DNA of 63,794 bases, counting the filler. It is 6 parts of 6 records of this genome, joined end to end, with 100 filler letters (N's around TTAATTAATTAA, not from the genome) between each part and the next. Parts side by side here need not be neighbours in the genome. Positions count along the whole stretch, not along the records: positions 57,757 to 63,794 come from SRR31147125_33681; 5 more parts are not named here. One strand, 5' to 3'. Below the pieces are notes generated by a model. That model made no database searches. It saw only the letters and a list, made by a program, of their open reading frames with translations, and had not been told where the DNA came from. Every line of letters begins with the position of its first letter. Within the stretch, counting starts at the first letter, position 1. Positions 59,184 through 63,794 of this stretch are shown here, piece by piece. Both the position numbers and the translations under genes were made by a program.

Positions 59184-61568
59184 TCACTTGAGCAGATACA
59201 TCTTCCTAGTCGCTGTATAGCCTTCGGTCTCCATTCGGTAGAAATAGATTCCACTTGAGTGTCTGATGGCATTCCAGACGAGGCTGTGATAGCCTTTTGG
59301 CTGAGAGCCATCCACAAGTACTTTAACTAATTGACCAAGTGTATTGTACACCATGATTCTCACATGACTGTCCTCTGGGAGAGAGTACTCTATTCTGGTC
59401 TTTGGATTGAATGGATTCGGCTGGTTTTGGTAAAGCGCATAGTCTTCCGGTACACTGCTTTCAACTGTAGTACCGGCTATTGCTTTACCAAGTCCATTGT
59501 CATCATCGCCATCAGCTAGTAATTCGATCTCCAATGAGTTATCATAGGTGAAAGGTCCTGAATAAAGCATGGTCCCGTTGATCATTTGTGGCTCGTAGAA
59601 AGGGCTCGCTGGATCAAGAAAATGTGGATTTACATACCCATGATGGCCGGCTCCTGACAGATCATAGACGGTCTGAAGGCCATCCTCATCTGTTATAACT
59701 GTACCTTCGTCAAAACTATAGTAGGCAAACAGATTGGGATCTGAGAGATTAGGCCCATCACTCGAAAGATCTGAAATCTCACTTTCGCACAAAGTCCTGC
59801 TGAAAATACAGAATTCATCCATTAAACCTCTAAATTGACGAATTCCTTCGGGATGGAGACCAAGAAGAGCACCCATCTGCCATTCCACGGATGACGGTAT
59901 AGGATTGTCTACGATAATTTCCGTTACTTCTCTATCGTAATACATCCTCGACACGCCAGTGGTTTTATCATACGTACCTGCAATAAAATGCCAATTGTTC
60001 GATGTCCACCCAGTTTTTCTCAAATCAAAAACCCTCTGATTCCCATAAGCCACTAACGTCCATCTGAATCTATGTTTGCTGTAGAGTTCTAAATGTACCA
60101 TTTGATCTTGAAAACCTGTCAGCGCCTCGCTTGATCGGGCTGTGAAAATCTCATGGTACTTGGCTTCTTGGCAATTTACCCATGCAGCCACCGTCCAGGC
60201 TTCACTAGGAATGTGATCTTCAGGAGTAAAGTGCTCAGCCTTTAAATCAAGATATCCTGCCGATGGAATATTGAGAGCTTCTCCTCGTACTCCTGACTCA
60301 AGTTCCATTATTATATCAGAGAAGTTATTGCCATCGCCGTCGTAATCGGGATTTGGCAGATCTATTGAAATAAATTTTCCATAATTGTTGTCAAAGATAT
60401 TATTGTTGTTAGAACTGCCATCCAAATAAATTGCTCGTGATGCGCTTCCTTTGAATGTATTTTTCTCGATATTATTATCTTTCGTTCCACCTGCCAGCAT
60501 AATCGCTGCAATGCCACCGTTCTGCATATCTATTGTATTCCCTATTATCTGTGAATCGTTAATGGACCCTAATCGGATTCCGGCACCCTTTAGGTCGCCA
60601 CTTTTCCCTGCACAGATTGTGTTTCCGAAAACGTGTACCTCACCTATTTGACCAATCGATGGTAAGATATCAATGCCAACATCTGTGCTTATATTATTGT
60701 TCTGTATCCAGCCTTCTGCTTTCGGACCTGCACTCCACCAAATGCCACCAGGAGAGCCTTTAAGCGTATTATTCCTAATGTATATTTCTATCCTTTCGCT
60801 TATTGCGAAAAAGTTGACACAGTAAAAGATATCGAAATAACCATCACCACTATTGTTTAAATCGATATAGTTATTTTCAACGATTATGTCACCTATAATA
60901 GTGCCTTTTTTCGGATATTCAGAAGCACCCACCCCAAAAGCAAAGTGTTTGCGACTTCCATAAGGAACGGCCTGGACATTAGTGATCACATTATCGCAAA
61001 CAGTAATACCATCATCTCCACCATATTTTATTGAAATACTCATCAAATTAGAATGATCAAGTCTGAGGCCTGTAAAGACGACATTTTTTTTGCTCACTAC
61101 TCTAAATGGCGCAGGCAAAGAGTATTTCGTCGGAGACCCACCTCCATAAACCACAGTCCTATCGGACATGAGTATTCCTCCGGGAATGTTGAATTCAACA
61201 TTTGCGGCGACACTTTCATCCCACTGATCGCCCATAACACTCCCGGGAAGTTTCTCTCCTTGAATGACCACGTCTTGCTCAATCAACACAGAGCTGTTTC
61301 CGAAATTGAACGCAGTGAATTCTCCAGCGTTATTTTTTGCCGCAAGAACGACTTTTCCTCCACCTGGGTAAGTTGTTCCAGATGGACCAGTTCCACCATT
61401 GATAGCTGCAGAAACCTCATAGGGATCGAATACGGCGTCGCCTGTTGGTGCTACGGTAACTTTTGAACCTTCCGCTTTTACAACAAATGCCAAGCTACAA
61501 AATGTGAGTGCCATTACAAGCCATATTCCCCTAATACTAATTATTTTGTGGATTGTTTTGGTATACAT
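59184..61568 (-). CDS. Secreted protein: beta-helix, LamG and T9SS-type C-terminal sorting domain, 794 aa
   Basis: Signal peptide; Asn-rich beta-helix repeats; WTVAAWV..WHFIAGTYD..MDEF; QNQPNPFNP..VYNTLGQ..SGIYFY..K tail; RBS AAAGGAGG. Confidence 0.85.
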   Translation of the reverse strand: MYTKTIHKIISIRGIWLVMALTFCSLAFVVKAEGSKVTVAPTGDAVFDPYEVSAAINGGTGPSGTTYPGGGKVVLAAKNNAGEFTAFNFGNSSVLIEQDVVIQGEKLPGSVMGDQWDESVAANVEFNIPGGILMSDRTVVYGGGSPTKYSLPAPFRVVSKKNVVFTGLRLDHSNLMSISIKYGGDDGITVCDNVITNVQAVPYGSRKHFAFGVGASEYPKKGTIIGDIIVENNYIDLNNSGDGYFDIFYCVNFFAISERIEIYIRNNTLKGSPGGIWWSAGPKAEGWIQNNNISTDVGIDILPSIGQIGEVHVFGNTICAGKSGDLKGAGIRLGSINDSQIIGNTIDMQNGGIAAIMLAGGTKDNNIEKNTFKGSASRAIYLDGSSNNNNIFDNNYGKFISIDLPNPDYDGDGNNFSDIIMELESGVRGEALNIPSAGYLDLKAEHFTPEDHIPSEAWTVAAWVNCQEAKYHEIFTARSSEALTGFQDQMVHLELYSKHRFRWTLVAYGNQRVFDLRKTGWTSNNWHFIAGTYDKTTGVSRMYYDREVTEIIVDNPIPSSVEWQMGALLGLHPEGIRQFRGLMDEFCIFSRTLCESEISDLSSDGPNLSDPNLFAYYSFDEGTVITDEDGLQTVYDLSGAGHHGYVNPHFLDPASPFYEPQMINGTMLYSGPFTYDNSLEIELLADGDDDNGLGKAIAGTTVESSVPEDYALYQNQPNPFNPKTRIEYSLPEDSHVRIMVYNTLGQLVKVLVDGSQPKGYHSLVWNAIRHSSGIYFYRMETEGYTATRKMYLLK

Positions 61569-61850
61569 TTTCTTACCTCCTTTAATTTTATTTAAATTGA
61601 AGCAATTCTTTTTAAACATATATCTCCATTTCAAATCCGAATTAACGTTTATCATTCTCTTTGTTATTATCTCACCAGTAAATTATCCTCTTATGTGCAA
61701 CAAATAAAAATCTAAGCTAAACGAGCAAATGAAAAAGTCATGGGGATTGATTCTCATTTAATAATAGCTACCTACTAAACATTCGGTATTAGCGAACGGA
61801 AAGTCTGAATTAATCAAAAATGATTAATTAGCCTTTTATTAATTCATTTC

Positions 61851-61866
61851 TCAACAAATATGCCAA
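61851..61866 (-). promoter_or_regulatory. Putative sigma-54 -24/-12 promoter
   Basis: TTGGCAT-ATTTG-TTGA on the minus strand, downstream of a sigma-54 activator gene; -12 element reads GA rather than GC. Confidence 0.6.
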
Positions 61867-62244
61867 AGTAAAAAGTTAAAAAATGTCTTTTGCTAACATA
61901 CTAAATAACATAACGTTGCACTGTTTTTGATGTTGGTTCAAATTACCTTAAAAGAGCGAATTTTTCATATGGAAACTTGTATTAATAATATGTATTGATT
62001 TTTAAGTGGTTACGAATAAAGATTTTTGGATATTTTTAAATTTATGTGTGATTTATTCAGAAATGAGTATGAAACTGATTCTTTCGTAAAAGGAAAGGAG
62101 AAAAAAATGTTTGAATGTATTTAATGAGAGGATAAAGATAAAAACAAGGTTGGATTAAAGATTAATGCGTCATCGTTATTTTCAAGATGGATCTCTTATT
62201 TTTAGGATGCGTCTTTATTGCTAACTATTATTTTTCATTTTCAA

Positions 62245-63774
62245 TTATTTAGGTTTTTTAATTCCCATTTTCTGCATTTTATATCCAATTGTCTGTGCAG
62301 GAATTTTCAAGGCCCGTGCAGCTTTTGCCTGATTCCAATTATATTTCATCAAGGCCTGGCGAATGAGCTGTTCCTCATACTCGGCAAGACTTTCAGTCAG
62401 TGATTTTGCAGCGTTATAGTTATCTTTGAAGGATTTCATCTTTTTAAATTCTTTTTTAAGGTTTTCTGGTAATATGCTACCATTCAAAATATTCATCTCA
62501 GGAGAGGCAAGCGTCACCAACCGTTCCACAAAGTTTTCCAATTCACGGATATTTCCAGGCCACTCACGGCATTTCATATATTCTAAAATCTCTCGGTGAA
62601 ATGATTCCGCCTTTTTGCTTTGTTGTCTCGAAAATCTTTTGAGAAAGTGGTTTGCCAGCATAGGGATGTCGTCCCGACGATCCGCCAAAGCCGGCACAGA
62701 TATAGGGTAAACATAGAGACGATAGTACAAATCCTCACGAAATTGCTGTGTTTCAACAAGGTCTCGTAATGGTGGACTGCTGGCGGAGATAATGCGAACA
62801 TCCACCTTGTGGGCTATATTGCTCCCCAAACGCCTGATTTCGCCTTCTTGAAGCATGCGCAAAAGCTTGGATTGCATTTCCAATGGTAGATTGTTCACTT
62901 CATCCATTAAGAGCATCCCGTGATTTGCCTCTTCGATCATGCCCTTGCGCTCATACGTCGCCCCGGTGAATGCTCCTTTGGTGTGACCAAACAACTCGCT
63001 TTCGAGTAGATTTGAGGGAATAGCCCCACAATCCACAGCAACAAAAGGCTGGTCACTGCGAGCGCTGTTTTTATGGATTGCCCGTGCGATGAGTTCTTTA
63101 CCTGTTCCGCTTTGGCCTTCCAATAAAACCCGGACATCGCACCGCGCAGCAGCATCAATAGCGTGTAGCAATTCAATGAATTTTTTGCTTTTTCCCAATA
63201 GACCTAACTTTTCGTATTTACCTCGCAAACCAGACTCTGACAAAGGTGCTTCAAAATAGTGCTGCAATTGCTGGACATTTCGTAAATAAGGTGCTGCGAT
63301 CACACCGATTTTCTCTAAATACGAGAGATCATTTTCACTAAATTCAGCCGCATCTTTCTTGTCAAAAATAATCAGCGAACCAATGATAATGCCTTCGATT
63401 TTTAGCGGAACTCCAATTATTGATTTTACATTGATATCACCCAATTTTATGCCACTTAATCTCGCATCTTTCTTGATATCATGACACAATATTGGTGCTT
63501 CATTTATCATCATCCAGCCGCTCACCAGATTCTGCAACGAATGGTAGCTCGGATGCGATACTTCAACACCTTCTTTACGAATCGTTTTAACCGTCTGATT
63601 GGTGCGGGGATTTATCATTAAAAGTAAAGCTATATGGGCATTCAAAAGTGTAGCAGTCTTTTGGGCTACCAATCTAACAATCTCCTGGTACTCATTTTGT
63701 TGGCTTAGGACAAATGCGAATTCAATCAAACGGTCCGCACGTTCATATCCGGCCTGTAATGAATGATTAATCAT
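62245..63774 (-). CDS. GAF-domain sigma-54-dependent activator (Fis HTH)
   Basis: GQSGTGKE, ESELFGH, GAFTGA, FREDLYYRL and WPGNIREL motifs; C-terminal HTH. Confidence 0.95.
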   Translation of the reverse strand: MINHSLQAGYERADRLIEFAFVLSQQNEYQEIVRLVAQKTATLLNAHIALLLMINPRTNQTVKTIRKEGVEVSHPSYHSLQNLVSGWMMINEAPILCHDIKKDARLSGIKLGDINVKSIIGVPLKIEGIIIGSLIIFDKKDAAEFSENDLSYLEKIGVIAAPYLRNVQQLQHYFEAPLSESGLRGKYEKLGLLGKSKKFIELLHAIDAAARCDVRVLLEGQSGTGKELIARAIHKNSARSDQPFVAVDCGAIPSNLLESELFGHTKGAFTGATYERKGMIEEANHGMLLMDEVNNLPLEMQSKLLRMLQEGEIRRLGSNIAHKVDVRIISASSPPLRDLVETQQFREDLYYRLYVYPISVPALADRRDDIPMLANHFLKRFSRQQSKKAESFHREILEYMKCREWPGNIRELENFVERLVTLASPEMNILNGSILPENLKKEFKKMKSFKDNYNAAKSLTESLAEYEEQLIRQALMKYNWNQAKAARALKIPAQTIGYKMQKMGIKKPK

Positions 63775-63794
63775 TCTTCCAATCCCATTTTTTT
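63771..63794 (-). CDS. Last codons (KKMGLEE*) of an upstream gene overlapping the activator start (ATGA)
   Basis: AAA AAA ATG GGA TTG GAA GAA TGA, with the stop overlapping ATG 63774. Confidence 0.45.
   Translation of the reverse strand, partial: KKMGLEE

Noticed and set aside
1-63794. CRISPR arrays, tRNA/rRNA genes, transposases, phage genes
   Set aside because: No regularly spaced direct repeats, cloverleaf or rRNA signatures, or transposase/phage motifs were recognised by eye

Overview
The window is not one locus. It is six unrelated contigs joined by five artificial 100-nt linkers (44 N + TTAATTAATTAA + 44 N), so no synteny can be inferred across them. Taxonomic labels below are inferences from gene content and composition. 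Contig 1 (1-28133) looks like a spore-forming Oscillospiraceae/Clostridia (Sporobacter-like) genome: MATE, Nudix, tmcAL, ackA, a Bacteroides-type serine palmitoyltransferase plus SDR operon, rplU-rpmA without prp, an accessory SecA, glpK, DegV, corrinoid-family genes, galE, spoVAD-spoVAE, a WXG100-like/BspA-LRR fusion, ctsR-mcsA-clpC without mcsB, ferredoxin, a tRNA m6A methylase, rsmI and abrB, plus several REP/MITE-like palindromic repeats. Contig 2 (28234-33893, very AT-rich, Fusobacteriota-like) carries an XRE regulator, a response regulator, a hybrid histidine kinase and a Cof HAD fragment. Contig 3 (33994-42558) and contig 5 (49751-57656) look like Desulfobacterales. Contig 4 (42659-49650) and contig 6 (57757-63794) look like FCB-group (KSB1/Calditrichota-like) DNA. 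The best candidates for new biology are: (i) a putative sphingoid-base operon (SPT + KDSR-like) in a Bacillota genome; (ii) a signal-peptide-less WXG100-like/LRR fusion; (iii) an McsB-less CtsR/ClpC module with a half-deleted McsA; and (iv) a GAF sigma-54 activator driving a secreted beta-helix/LamG protein and a lipoprotein, probably coupled to an upstream TPR/kinase gene. Several genes are split at homopolymer runs, most likely by sequencing errors. No tRNA, rRNA, CRISPR array or transposase was recognised.
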